Positions 55,070-64,000 of a stretch of 64,000 bases of DNA are shown here, piece after piece. The stretch lies in the NCBI GenBank assembly GCA_015233675.1, contig JADFXH010000001.1:140563-204562 (forward strand), written 5' to 3'. Position 1 is the stretch's first letter. Every line of letters starts with the position of its first letter. A program made the position numbers and the translations under genes. Below the pieces are notes generated by a model. The model did not search any database. It was given only the letters and a program-made list of their open reading frames with translations, and had not been told where the DNA came from. Source of the stretch: Candidatus Omnitrophota bacterium (lineage in GTDB: Bacteria > Omnitrophota > Gorgyraeia > Zapsychrales > Fredricksoniimonadaceae).

Positions 55070-56146
55070 TTAAGAATGGTGCTTCGACATTAACCCCTTT
55101 AATTCATTGACATCCGTGGCCATATTCAAAGCGGTCTGGTAATTAATGATACCTTTTTCACAGAGGTCCTTAAGAGATTTATCAAAAGTGCGCATGCCAT
55201 ATTGACCGCCGGTTTGAATGGCCGTACGCAGTTGCTCTACGGCCCTCTCACGAATCATATTACGTACACCAGATGTCGCTACCATGATTTCCGCAACCAT
55301 GATACGGCCTTTGCCTGAAGCCCTGGGGGCTAATTTCTGAGAAATGACGCCCTGTAAAACCGACGAAAGTTGCAGACGGACCTGCTGTTGCTGATACGGC
55401 GGGAAAACATCAATAATACGCTCAATAGTTTGCGGGGCATCAGGGGTATGGACGGTAGCTAAGACCAAATGCCCTGTTTCTGCCGCTGTCAAGGCCGTTG
55501 ATATCGTTTCCAAATCACGCATTTCTCCGACCACGATCACATCCGGGTCCTGGCGCAAACAGCGCTTAAGGGCTTCCGCAAACGAATTGGTATCACGGTA
55601 AACTTCACGCTGCTTGACGACTGATTTTTTATTCACAAAAATATACTCAATGGGATCTTCAATGCACATAATCACACAAGTGCGTTCGGAATTGATCAAA
55701 TTAATCATCGATGCCAAGGTTGTGGTTTTCCCTGTCCCTGTAGGGCCGGTAACCAAAACCAAACCATTTTGCTTGCGCGCCAGATCCGCAATCACTGGCG
55801 GCAATTGCAACTCTTCCATGGAGGGAATAAATAAGGAAATACGACGGAACGCCGCCTCCACTGAACCGCGCTGAATATGCACATTCACACGAAACCGGTC
55901 CATACCGGTTAACGCTAATGAAAAATCGAGTTCCTTTTCTGCTTCGAATTTAGCCCTCTGCGTATCAGAGAGGATCCCATAAATCATTTCCTGGATTTGA
56001 TCACGGTTTAGGATTTCGGCATTAAGCGCAACCAAACGGCCATCAATACGAAAAATCGGAGGGGTTTTTTCAGTCAAATGAAGATCAGAAGCGTTTTCCT
56101 GAATAGATAATAAAAGAAGCTCCCGTAAAAGAGAAATTTTTTCCAT
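55070..56146 (-). CDS. pilT: Type IV pilus retraction ATPase PilT
   Basis: Carries GLVLVTGPTGTGKTTTLA (Walker A), DPDVIVVGEMRD (Walker B / Asp box) and GHLVLATVHT (His box). The 358-aa length is typical of PilT. Confidence 0.85.
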   Translation of the reverse strand: MEKISLLRELLLLSIQENASDLHLTEKTPPIFRIDGRLVALNAEILNRDQIQEMIYGILSDTQRAKFEAEKELDFSLALTGMDRFRVNVHIQRGSVEAAFRRISLFIPSMEELQLPPVIADLARKQNGLVLVTGPTGTGKTTTLASMINLINSERTCVIMCIEDPIEYIFVNKKSVVKQREVYRDTNSFAEALKRCLRQDPDVIVVGEMRDLETISTALTAAETGHLVLATVHTPDAPQTIERIIDVFPPYQQQQVRLQLSSVLQGVISQKLAPRASGKGRIMVAEIMVATSGVRNMIRERAVEQLRTAIQTGGQYGMRTFDKSLKDLCEKGIINYQTALNMATDVNELKGLMSKHHS

Positions 56147-56153
56147 ATTTTTG

Positions 56154-57335
56154 TTAATCCTTTAATGAAGAAGGTTGATTAGCGATCCACTGACCCACGC
56201 GAGCAATGCCTTCTTGAATGCGCGCATCCGATGTGGCAAAACTAAACCTGATATAATTTGAAGCCCCAAAGCTGTCACCCGGGATTCCAGCCACCTTAAC
56301 TTCATCAAGCATCTTCTTGGCTATAACAGTCGCATCGCCTACCTTAGAAAAATCACAAAAAACGTAAAAAGCCCCTTCAGGGCGAATATAAGAAAGTTGG
56401 GGGATCCTGTCTAAACATTGTAACATCAAATCACGGCGTTTTTTAAATACCTGGCACATTTGGTCAGTGGACTCTTGAGAAGCTTTCAAAGCTTCCATGG
56501 CCGCCACCTGGCTTATGGACGCTGGGTTCGATGTTGAATGGTCCTGGTATTTCTTGATATACTCCATGATCTCAAGCGCCCCGGCCGCGTATCCGATGCG
56601 CCAACCAGTCATGGCATATGCTTTAGACACACCGTTGACTGTCAGCGTTAAATCAAAAATTTCTTTACCCAGTGATGCTATCGAAGTAAAAACATCAGTA
56701 TCATAAATCAATTTCTCGTAAATTTCATCACTAATCACACAAATCTTGTGTGCAACACAAATTTCGGCAATCTTAGACAGCTCTTCTTTATGATACATAA
56801 CTCCCGTTGGATTAGATGGTGAATTAATGATCAAAACCTTAGTTTTAGGGGTAATATGCTTTTTTAATAATTCCGGAGTAATTTTAAATCGACTTGCGGC
56901 ATTGGTGGGGATAATCACTGATTTGCCGCCAGCAGCTTTGACCATTTCAGGATAACTTACCCAATAGGGTGATTGAAAAATAACTTCATCCCCATCGTCC
57001 ACAAGGACTTGAATGATATTAAACAAAGAATGCTTGGCTCCGCAAGAAACCACGATCTGATTGGGCTTATAAATAAGCCCATTATCTTTCTGAAATTTAG
57101 CAGCAATGGCTTCGCGCAAATTCTGAGCCCCGATGGAAGGGGTATATTTAGTCATGCCGCTCTCAATGGCCTTGATGCCTGCTTTCTTAATAAAGTCCGG
57201 AGTATCAAAATCAGGCTCCCCCGCGCCAAAATTGACCACATCATGTCCTTGGGCCTGTAATTCTTTAGCCCGGGCAGTGATAGCCAGCGTCGTTGATCCC
57301 ACCATATCTTTAACTCTGCGATTAACGTGAAGCAT
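56154..57335 (-). CDS. aspC: Class I pyridoxal-phosphate aminotransferase (aspartate aminotransferase-like)
   Basis: Carries GEPDFDTP, NSPSNPTG and SKAYAMTGWRIGY (PLP lysine) motifs. The product is 393 aa. Confidence 0.8.
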   Translation of the reverse strand: MLHVNRRVKDMVGSTTLAITARAKELQAQGHDVVNFGAGEPDFDTPDFIKKAGIKAIESGMTKYTPSIGAQNLREAIAAKFQKDNGLIYKPNQIVVSCGAKHSLFNIIQVLVDDGDEVIFQSPYWVSYPEMVKAAGGKSVIIPTNAASRFKITPELLKKHITPKTKVLIINSPSNPTGVMYHKEELSKIAEICVAHKICVISDEIYEKLIYDTDVFTSIASLGKEIFDLTLTVNGVSKAYAMTGWRIGYAAGALEIMEYIKKYQDHSTSNPASISQVAAMEALKASQESTDQMCQVFKKRRDLMLQCLDRIPQLSYIRPEGAFYVFCDFSKVGDATVIAKKMLDEVKVAGIPGDSFGASNYIRFSFATSDARIQEGIARVGQWIANQPSSLKD

Positions 57336-57380
57336 ACAATTCTCCTTCCGACTTAGTCAGGTCTGTCAAAATTCTTGCAG

Positions 57381-57559
57381 GTTATGCATGAGAAGAGATA
57401 TTATTTGCTCAACGGGATATTTTCGCCGTTGGCGTCGGTTTACAGCATAAATGTTCTAAAGTTTCTCTTCATTTGGAACATTTTTGCTGTAAACCCTAGC
57501 CAACTTTTGGCGAAAAATCCCTGAATGTTTCGCAAACAATATCTCTTCTCATACATAAC
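57381..57559. repeat. 179-bp imperfect palindrome (long hairpin), flanked by 9-bp direct repeat AATTCTTGC; MITE/ERIC-like element
   Basis: The arms at 57381-57456 and 57476-57559 are complementary apart from a few mismatches and small internal loops, with a 19-nt apical loop. Direct repeats lie at 57370-57378 and 57564-57572. Confidence 0.55.
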
Positions 57560-57628
57560 ACCCAATTCTTGCCCAGGCTGATACTGGTATGTTGTCCCAT
57601 ATGCATGGCAGCAGGGATAAATAATATT

Positions 57629-58447
57629 TCACGCGGCTACGATACAGATGCCTGCTTTATTCGCGAGCCTCACGGTTTTCTCGCGGTCGATGATCAACGT
57701 TTTACCCGCCTCAATGGCTAAGCAGCCGGCTTTGACAGCCGCCATGGTTCGCACCGTACGCGGCCCGATAACCGGAACGTCAAAACGGTTGTCTTGAGCA
57801 GGTTTGGAAGTTTTAACCACCACCGCTCCCTCACGGGCGATCTGTCCGCCGCGGGCGATGGCACGGTCCGTTCCTTCCATCGCCTCAATGGCCACAATGG
57901 CCTTTTCTTTAATGACCACCGTTTGACCAATATCAATGCTCCCCACAAGTTTGGCAATGGTCAACCCAAATTCAATATCTTTTAACTGACTCTCACTGGG
58001 GGCATGTTTAGTTAATGTGCCGCGGGGCGCTAAATATTTCTTCAATAAAAAGACGGAATCAAGCAAGGTCATTCCTTCTTTGTTTAAACGGTCAGCCACC
58101 GCGGAGAAAATAGTGTCCGCCTTGCGATCACGCAAGGCATCGGAAAGAGCCTTGAACTCTTCATCTAATTTAACAGCCGGGTTGAATAAATTATCCTGAT
58201 TGACTTGGCCCGCCATGATGACCTGATTGACAGAATTTTCATGGAAATACTTAAAAAGTTTTTTTAATTCGCCGACTTTGAAATATTGGAACTTATCGAC
58301 GAAGAAATATAAAAAAGGCGACGTGTCCCCCGCAATTCCTGCCGCGACTATTTTATAACCCTGTTCTCTGGCCGCTCTGGCAAAAAGGAAAGGGAATTGC
58401 CTGTTGCCCGCGATAAGGCCTATGATTTTTGAATTAGGAGATGCCAC
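57629..58447 (-). CDS. lpxI: UDP-2,3-diacylglucosamine pyrophosphatase LpxI (DUF1009)
   Basis: KIIGLIAGNRQFPFLFARAAREQG...DIGQTVVIKEKAIVAIEAMEGTDRAI matches LpxI. I propose the GTG start at 58447 (MASPNSKIIGLIAG), overlapping the lpxA end by 14 nt. The track start at 58528 is unlikely. Confidence 0.75.
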   Translation of the reverse strand: MASPNSKIIGLIAGNRQFPFLFARAAREQGYKIVAAGIAGDTSPFLYFFVDKFQYFKVGELKKLFKYFHENSVNQVIMAGQVNQDNLFNPAVKLDEEFKALSDALRDRKADTIFSAVADRLNKEGMTLLDSVFLLKKYLAPRGTLTKHAPSESQLKDIEFGLTIAKLVGSIDIGQTVVIKEKAIVAIEAMEGTDRAIARGGQIAREGAVVVKTSKPAQDNRFDVPVIGPRTVRTMAAVKAGCLAIEAGKTLIIDREKTVRLANKAGICIVAA

Positions 58448-59213
58448 GTTTGGATGTCTGGATAAACTCAATAACCCTGTAGACCTCAGGCAAGACATTA
58501 AGCTGCTCCTGAACCTGAAGAACGGCATTGCTACGGTTTAAACCAGAATTAAAAAGGATTTTAAATGCATGGTGCAAAGACCTTTGGACAGGCGAAGGGA
58601 TATCCGCACGCTTTAATCCCACGATATTCAAACCCCTTAAAGTTGCAGGATTACCATCGACTAATGAAAACGGCGGCACATCCTGATTGACCTTGGAACA
58701 TCCCCCGATCATTGATAAGTACCCCACCCGCGCATACTGATGAACGCCGGACAAACCGCCGATCACCGCCCGGTCCTCAATAGTCACATGCCCTGAAAGC
58801 CCCACATAATTAGCCAAAACACAATCATGGCCAATATGACAGTCATGAGCGACATGACAGCAGGCCATAAACAAATTATTGTCCCCAATACAAGTTTCAG
58901 AACCGCCTTCAATGGTGCCGGGATTAACTGTCACATATTCACGAAAAACATTATTAAAACCTATTTTCAAAAAGACCTTGTCTGCTTTTTGGTGCTTTCT
59001 ATCCTGAGGAGGAGAGCCAATCACCGCTCCGGTATATAATTGACATCCATTCCCGATGGTGGTATGCCCATCAACGACACAATGAGCACCTATAATAACA
59101 TCATCTCCCAAGGTCACCTGGCCATCAATGACCGAGTAGGGGCCGATGCTTACATTTTTCCCAAGCTTTACTTGTTCACCGACAATCGCGGTTTTATGAA
59201 TTTTATTTGCCAT
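58434..59213 (-). CDS. lpxA: Acyl-ACP--UDP-N-acetylglucosamine O-acyltransferase
   Basis: It starts IHKTAIV and has hexapeptide repeats and a C-terminal helical domain. The product is 259 aa and sits within the lpx cluster. Confidence 0.9.
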   Translation of the reverse strand: MANKIHKTAIVGEQVKLGKNVSIGPYSVIDGQVTLGDDVIIGAHCVVDGHTTIGNGCQLYTGAVIGSPPQDRKHQKADKVFLKIGFNNVFREYVTVNPGTIEGGSETCIGDNNLFMACCHVAHDCHIGHDCVLANYVGLSGHVTIEDRAVIGGLSGVHQYARVGYLSMIGGCSKVNQDVPPFSLVDGNPATLRGLNIVGLKRADIPSPVQRSLHHAFKILFNSGLNRSNAVLQVQEQLNVLPEVYRVIEFIQTSKRGIS

Positions 59214-59230
59214 AAAAAATTTCTGCCTGT

Positions 59231-60559
59231 TTAAGTATAAAGATAATGCGCTTCTGTATAAGAAAACATCATATCTGCTTCAATAGCCACCTCCCCGCCA
59301 ACACGTCCAACCCCTTTGACACTCGCCGTGCGTTCCCTGTCGCGGATGATCTCAACTTCCATCAATAACTGATCTCCGGGAATGACCACCCTGCGAAATT
59401 TCACATCAGAAACAAACATGAATAAAGCTACTTTACCATTATGAGCACCGCTGGTCAATACCACAACTCCCGCAGTTTGGGCCATGGCTTCGATCATGAT
59501 TACCCCCGGCATGACCGCCTTCTGGGGGAAATGCCCTTGAAAAAATCCGTCATTGATCGTCACATTTTTAATGCCTATCCCTTTTTTCCCCGGCTCGATC
59601 TCAATGACCCTGTCAACCAGCAAAAACGGATAACGATGAGGCAAAATTTTCATAACTTCACCAATGTTAAAAACCCTCTTTCCCTCGACGGGTATAGGAG
59701 CAGGATAAGAAACTGCGGTGTATTTCTGACGCTGGGCTTCTATTTTCCTGACCAAAGCCCGATTTAGCGCATGCCCGCTTTTAGTGGCATAAACGGCCCC
59801 CATGACAGGATAGCCGAGTAAGTATAGATCTCCGAGGACATCCAAAACCTTGTGGCGCGCGCATTCATCCGAAAAACGTAAGGTATTCTCCAAAGGCCCT
59901 TTAGTTGACATTACCAAGGTGTTTTTACAATCAGCCCCTTTGGCTAAACCCTGGGCTTTAATCCCCTCAACCTCGGATTCCAGGCAAAAGGTGCGCGCCC
60001 CTGCCAACTCTTTGGCAAAAGAATGCAAATCTATGGATTGTGAAAAAAACTGTGAACGCAATAACGGATGATCATAATCCATCGTATAAGAAATATTTAA
60101 TTGGTCATGAGGGACCATTACAATTGTCGATGTTTTATTAGAGACGACAATCGGCTCCTGGATCATAAATATATTCTTATCCGCCTGTTGTTCTATGATC
60201 CCTGCATGCTCTATTGCCTTTAAAAATTCTAAACTGCTGCCATCCATGCCCGGGATTTCCTCTGCGTCAACCTCGATAGTCGCATTATCTATCCCTAAGC
60301 CGTGTAAAACAGCCATTATATGCTCAATGGTATAAACACGCACACCCTGGTATTCGATCACGGTACAACGTGTTATCTTCTCATCCATGACCGCGTTGGA
60401 AGCGGTAACCTTGATTGGTTGTTTACCGGGCAAATCAACACGAACAAAAGAAATGCCTTCATTCTCTTTTGCCGGCTTTACAGTCATCCTTGCGAACTTG
60501 CCGGTATGCAAGCCTATACCGGAAAAAGAAACAGGATTATTTATCGTTTTTTGTTTCAT
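59231..60559 (-). CDS. lpxC: Bifunctional UDP-3-O-acyl-GlcNAc deacetylase / 3-hydroxyacyl-ACP dehydratase (LpxC-FabZ fusion)
   Basis: The N-terminal ~280 aa look like LpxC (GIGLHTG, HKVLDVLGDL, SGHALN). The C-terminal ~150 aa look like FabZ (LPHRYPFLLVDRV, FFQGHFP, PGV.MIEAMAQ). Confidence 0.9.
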   Translation of the reverse strand: MKQKTINNPVSFSGIGLHTGKFARMTVKPAKENEGISFVRVDLPGKQPIKVTASNAVMDEKITRCTVIEYQGVRVYTIEHIMAVLHGLGIDNATIEVDAEEIPGMDGSSLEFLKAIEHAGIIEQQADKNIFMIQEPIVVSNKTSTIVMVPHDQLNISYTMDYDHPLLRSQFFSQSIDLHSFAKELAGARTFCLESEVEGIKAQGLAKGADCKNTLVMSTKGPLENTLRFSDECARHKVLDVLGDLYLLGYPVMGAVYATKSGHALNRALVRKIEAQRQKYTAVSYPAPIPVEGKRVFNIGEVMKILPHRYPFLLVDRVIEIEPGKKGIGIKNVTINDGFFQGHFPQKAVMPGVIMIEAMAQTAGVVVLTSGAHNGKVALFMFVSDVKFRRVVIPGDQLLMEVEIIRDRERTASVKGVGRVGGEVAIEADMMFSYTEAHYLYT

Positions 60560-60645
60560 TGATTTCCCTTTCTAAAATAATTCACAGCTTTACTAATGCG
60601 TAAACGATTGGGTAACGCCGCAAGAAGCCATCTCTCACATAAATC

Positions 60646-61704
60646 TTACTTCCTCTCGAATTCCTCAACCCGCTTTCTCAAATCTTTGATCATCTCAACA
60701 TACTTATCAAGCCTTTGGATATGCGCATTATTCCTGAACGCATTTTTGATAGGCTGGGCCGGAGATCCGAAAACCTGCTCACCCGCCCTGATGGACTTAG
60801 TTACCCCCGACTGCGCCGCCACCACGGCCCCATCTCCAATTTCTATATGCCCAACTAAACCGGCCTGGGCCGCCAAAATCACATAATCCCCTAAATTCGT
60901 ACTGCCGGCGATGCCTGCTTGGGATACAATCAAACAATGTTTGCCGATCCTGACATTATGGGCAATTTGCACCAAATTATCTATTTTTGTCCCCTCACCG
61001 ATAACCGTTTTATCGAAACGCGCGCGGTCTATAGTGACATTAGCTCCGATTTCCACATCATCTTCGATAAGAACAGAACCTACTTGCGGTATTTTCATAT
61101 GCTTGCCGTCAACAGTTGTGTAACCAAACCCATCACTGCCAACAACAGTACCGCTGTGTATTATCACACGGTTGCCCAGAACAACCCTTTCACGTAAAAC
61201 CACCTGAGGATAAATAAGACAATTTTGCCCCAAATGCGTTTCATGCCCCACATAACAGTTGGCATAAAGAACACAACCCTTTTCGATGGTGGCCCCGTCT
61301 TCAATGATCGTGTGGGCGCCGATAGCTGCACCAGATGCTACTTTGGCTTTTGGCGATATAACAGCGGTTGGATGGATACCACGCGGCTTATAATCAGGAG
61401 CATCCTTTAATAAATGGTTGACCGCTTCAGTGAAACTTAAAGAAGGATTATCAACCCTTATAAGAGTTTTCCCCGGACAAACTGTCTGCCGGGGAACAAG
61501 GACCACACCAGCCTGAGTGTCAAGAAGCAAAGGCTCATATTTAGAATTGCTCAAAAAAGCCAGTTCGTTCTTTTTGGCTTCCTTGATCCCTGCAAAACCA
61601 CTGACTAATAATTCACCGTCACCGATCAATTCTCCCTTGACCAACCGGGCGATATCAGCGGCGCTGATTTGCATGACGGATAAATTACTTCTTGTAACTG
61701 TCAT
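60646..61704 (-). CDS. lpxD: UDP-3-O-acylglucosamine N-acyltransferase
   Basis: It has an N-terminal uridine-binding domain (LAFLSNSKY), long hexapeptide repeats, and a C-terminal helix. The product is 352 aa. Confidence 0.9.
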   Translation of the reverse strand: MTVTRSNLSVMQISAADIARLVKGELIGDGELLVSGFAGIKEAKKNELAFLSNSKYEPLLLDTQAGVVLVPRQTVCPGKTLIRVDNPSLSFTEAVNHLLKDAPDYKPRGIHPTAVISPKAKVASGAAIGAHTIIEDGATIEKGCVLYANCYVGHETHLGQNCLIYPQVVLRERVVLGNRVIIHSGTVVGSDGFGYTTVDGKHMKIPQVGSVLIEDDVEIGANVTIDRARFDKTVIGEGTKIDNLVQIAHNVRIGKHCLIVSQAGIAGSTNLGDYVILAAQAGLVGHIEIGDGAVVAAQSGVTKSIRAGEQVFGSPAQPIKNAFRNNAHIQRLDKYVEMIKDLRKRVEEFERK

Positions 61705-62191
61705 TTAAATTCTTCATCACCTCATCGGTGATATTAAATTGCGGATCACCATAAACCATGACACGGTCATTTAAAACAAAAGCGTAGCCTTCTTTTTTAG
61801 CAATAATGCTGACGATACCCTGGACCTCCGATAGAATTTCCCGCACTTTATCATCACGCCGTTTAGCTAATTCCGTCCTCTTCTCCTTGTCAAAGGCAAT
61901 GACCTCATTCTTTTGTTTTTCAATATCCGCCTGCATGGAAGTTTTCTGGGCATCACTCATCAGGGCCAACTTACTTTGAGCGTCCTCAATCTTCTGGACC
62001 ATGGCGTCACGTTGTTTCTGAAATTTCTCACCCTCACCTTGCAAAACAGCATCGAATTCTTTTGTTTTTTGATAACTATCGAACACTTTAGCCAAATCCA
62101 CATAGGCAATTTTCAAATCAGCGGCTAAACCTATCCCTGTCGTCATCAACCCTAAAATTGCTGCTAAACCTAACACTTTTAACGCTTTCAT
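61685..62191 (-). CDS. skp: OmpH/Skp-family periplasmic chaperone
   Basis: It has a signal peptide and a coiled-coil-rich 168 aa. It sits between bamA and lpxD, which is the conserved position for skp. Confidence 0.8.
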   Translation of the reverse strand: MKALKVLGLAAILGLMTTGIGLAADLKIAYVDLAKVFDSYQKTKEFDAVLQGEGEKFQKQRDAMVQKIEDAQSKLALMSDAQKTSMQADIEKQKNEVIAFDKEKRTELAKRRDDKVREILSEVQGIVSIIAKKEGYAFVLNDRVMVYGDPQFNITDEVMKNLNDSYKK

Positions 62192-62302
62192 ATTTCCCTC
62201 CTGTTTGTACTATTAGAAACTTAAAAAATAACCTGCGAAACACTGCAGGGTTGTGTTAAAAACCTTCCTCTTTATAGATTAAATAGAAAGATAATTATAC
62301 CA

Positions 62303-64000
62303 TTAAAAACCGCGGCTGACGCTAAAATAAAATTTTCCGCTTTTGTTACTTTGTCCTGGTTCGGTATCTAAAGGAATACCATAATCTAATTTAATAGGAC
62401 CAATAGGAGTCTTAACACGCAAACCAACGCCTGTGCCGGATTTGACCCCACCGGTACCGTAATTCCTGACCTTATCCCACACATTTCCAGTGTCGAAAAA
62501 TATAGCACCTTTAATAATCTCGATGATCGGTACGGTATACTCGACACTGCCAAGTAAAATGGCATCACCGCCGACAGCGTCATTTGTATTAGGATCAAGA
62601 GGCCCCACTGTACGCTCATCATAACCACGGATCGAATCCTGCCCGCCGGCAAAATAACGTTCAAAAATAGGGACATCCGGAGTATCCGGATAAGACTGGA
62701 CTATACCGGTTCGACCGCTGACTTCAAGCACCGTTGTCACACCATTAATTTTCAAAGGGTAATAATATTGCCCGCTGGTTTGCACACGATAAAAATTCTT
62801 GTCCCCACCTAACGGTCCGCCGGCAATATCCGCGCTATTGGTCACAGACCAGCCTTGGGTCGGGGCCAATTTACTGTCGCGATAATCGTTCGTAACACTA
62901 AAGCCCAAAGAGCTTACCAGACTGTTCCCTGCCTGCTCCGCTAAAGCCTCGGACACGCCCGAATCCAAATTGCTGATATTAATATGCTCCAGGCGATAAA
63001 CAGAACCTACGGAAAGATTATCATTAAAGCTTTTGCCCAAACGCAAATCACCGCCGATAACTTTCTGGTCATAGGAATATCCCGTAGAGCCATCTTTAAG
63101 ATTCTCCGTCAAATAGGCATCAAAGCCGGCGGAAACCGGATGATCAAACAACCATGGTTCGGTGAAACTTAATAATAAATTACGCTGACTTGAACCGATC
63201 TGGGCACGCAAACGCAAATCCTGACCGCCACCCGTAAATGAAGACCAGTTAGAAATGTCAAAATTCTTCTGTTCGACTTCTACAAACCCGACCAATCTAT
63301 CCACCGTACTATAACCTCCGCCAAAAGAAAAAGTGCCTGTCTTGGCTTCTTTGACCTGTACGACCAAATCCTTATAGTCCTGTTGGTCGGAGTCTTCAAT
63401 GTCGTAACCAACATCTTCAAAATAACCCAAATCTTTCAAGCGCTGTTTAGAAAGGCGTAATTTCGCGCCGTCGAACTGATCACCGGGATACATACGCAAC
63501 TCTCGACGAATAACTATATCACGGGTATGGGCATTGCCTTGTATCTTAATCTTGTTAATATATGCCAATCTGCCTTCCTTAATGCTGATCTTAATATCAA
63601 CCTTGCCCGTCCCGGTATTAAATGACGTCGCTTCTTCAACAAGTGCAGAAATATAGCCGCGGTCAAAATAAGCCTCACGGACACTGCCAATATCCTCTTG
63701 CATCTTTTCATGACTGAAGAAATTCCCTTCTTTCAAATTCTTAATATGAGCTTTGATGTCATTAACCGAAAGGATGGTATTGCCAAAAAAGCTGACATCA
63801 CCCACGTAATAACGCCTGCCTTCTTGAATGGTAACATTAACATTCACCAGTCCCTGAAATAAAGGCTCTATCTGGTAGGCAGCTTTAGTATCAAGAAAAC
63901 CGTTTTGTTCATAAAAAGACTGAATGGCTTTCATGTCTTCCTCTAACTGCTCTTCTTTGAGAAGACCTGAGCCAAAAAGCCAGGCCCAACGGGACTTCAT
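62303..64000 (-). CDS. bamA: Outer membrane protein assembly factor BamA, C-terminal 565 codons (N-terminus beyond right edge)
   Basis: It has POTRA-like repeats followed by a beta-barrel with a terminal aromatic residue (...FYFSVSRGF). The position upstream of skp-lpxD is conserved synteny. Confidence 0.9.
   Translation of the reverse strand: MKSRWAWLFGSGLLKEEQLEEDMKAIQSFYEQNGFLDTKAAYQIEPLFQGLVNVNVTIQEGRRYYVGDVSFFGNTILSVNDIKAHIKNLKEGNFFSHEKMQEDIGSVREAYFDRGYISALVEEATSFNTGTGKVDIKISIKEGRLAYINKIKIQGNAHTRDIVIRRELRMYPGDQFDGAKLRLSKQRLKDLGYFEDVGYDIEDSDQQDYKDLVVQVKEAKTGTFSFGGGYSTVDRLVGFVEVEQKNFDISNWSSFTGGGQDLRLRAQIGSSQRNLLLSFTEPWLFDHPVSAGFDAYLTENLKDGSTGYSYDQKVIGGDLRLGKSFNDNLSVGSVYRLEHINISNLDSGVSEALAEQAGNSLVSSLGFSVTNDYRDSKLAPTQGWSVTNSADIAGGPLGGDKNFYRVQTSGQYYYPLKINGVTTVLEVSGRTGIVQSYPDTPDVPIFERYFAGGQDSIRGYDERTVGPLDPNTNDAVGGDAILLGSVEYTVPIIEIIKGAIFFDTGNVWDKVRNYGTGGVKSGTGVGLRVKTPIGPIKLDYGIPLDTEPGQSNKSGKFYFSVSRGF

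Noticed and set aside
57381-57559. Interpreting the 179-bp palindrome as a 6S RNA gene (a long irregular hairpin of the right size).
   Set aside because: 6S RNA needs a large central bubble. Here the largest internal loop is about 5x9 nt and the rest is almost perfectly paired. The 9-bp flanking direct repeat fits an inserted palindromic element better. I cannot fully exclude an sRNA.
1-64000. A scan for CRISPR arrays, rRNA genes, tmRNA, RNase P RNA, SRP RNA, additional tRNAs, and large tandem repeats.
   Set aside because: I saw no regularly spaced direct repeats and no rRNA-like or other conserved RNA signatures. Only one T-loop-containing cloverleaf was found, the tRNA-Gly at 25903-25976. 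This was a by-eye scan, so small RNAs could have been missed.

Overview
This 64-kb window looks like a chromosomal segment of a diderm, LPS-making bacterium. It is AT-leaning, gene-dense and almost entirely coded on the minus strand. The gene content (small basic protein, fused LpxC-FabZ, LpxI, many pilin-like genes, one giant secreted protein) is compatible with a PVC-group or candidate-phylum lineage, but that is inference only.

Housekeeping genes I can support:
- Metabolism and cofactors: panB (partial), an NfnAB/GltD-like oxidoreductase pair, aroB, thiE plus a ThiE-associated domain protein, rfaE2/gmhA heptose genes, pfkA, accB/accC, lipB plus a stand-alone lipoyl-domain protein, NAD-type icd, and an aspartate aminotransferase.
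- Nucleic acid and translation: tatD, dtd, recO, efp, pepP, a Trm112-like gene, a dGTPase-like HD protein, and one tRNA-Gly(UCC).
- Envelope: an M50 protease, an NlpD-like LysM/M23 lipoprotein, Asp23/AmaP, pilT, and a lipid A/outer-membrane cluster (bamA partial, skp, lpxD, lpxC-fabZ, lpxA, lpxI).
- Others: HD-GYP, HIT and YfcE proteins.

No rRNA genes and no CRISPR arrays were seen.

Observations worth follow-up:
1. A type IV pilus-like locus at 10.1-16.8 kb. Its pilin carries a roughly 480-aa extension with about 75 cysteines. It is followed by PilV/PilW/PilX-like minor pilins, two of them fused to LamG lectin-fold domains, and is divergently paired with ExeA/GspB-like genes.
2. A roughly 200-bp hairpin-rich element present twice at about 90 percent identity (4480-4680 and 13249-13448). 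Each copy is flanked by direct repeats, sits between co-directional genes, and ends exactly 25 nt upstream of the next start codon.
3. A 2149-aa secreted multi-enzyme giant protein (28250-34699).
4. A degraded accessory island at about 41.4-49.5 kb. It contains an orphan, frameshifted Rhs C-terminal toxin cassette with downstream immunity-like genes, a BRO-N protein, an integrase stub and an IS remnant.
5. A 179-bp near-perfect palindrome flanked by 9-bp direct repeats (57381-57559).
6. A duplicated roughly 60-80-bp bidirectional, near-leaderless promoter cassette shared by the pilin/exeA and recO loci.
7. An archaeal-type Hel308 helicase.

All functional calls rest on motif recognition by eye. 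No database search was run.
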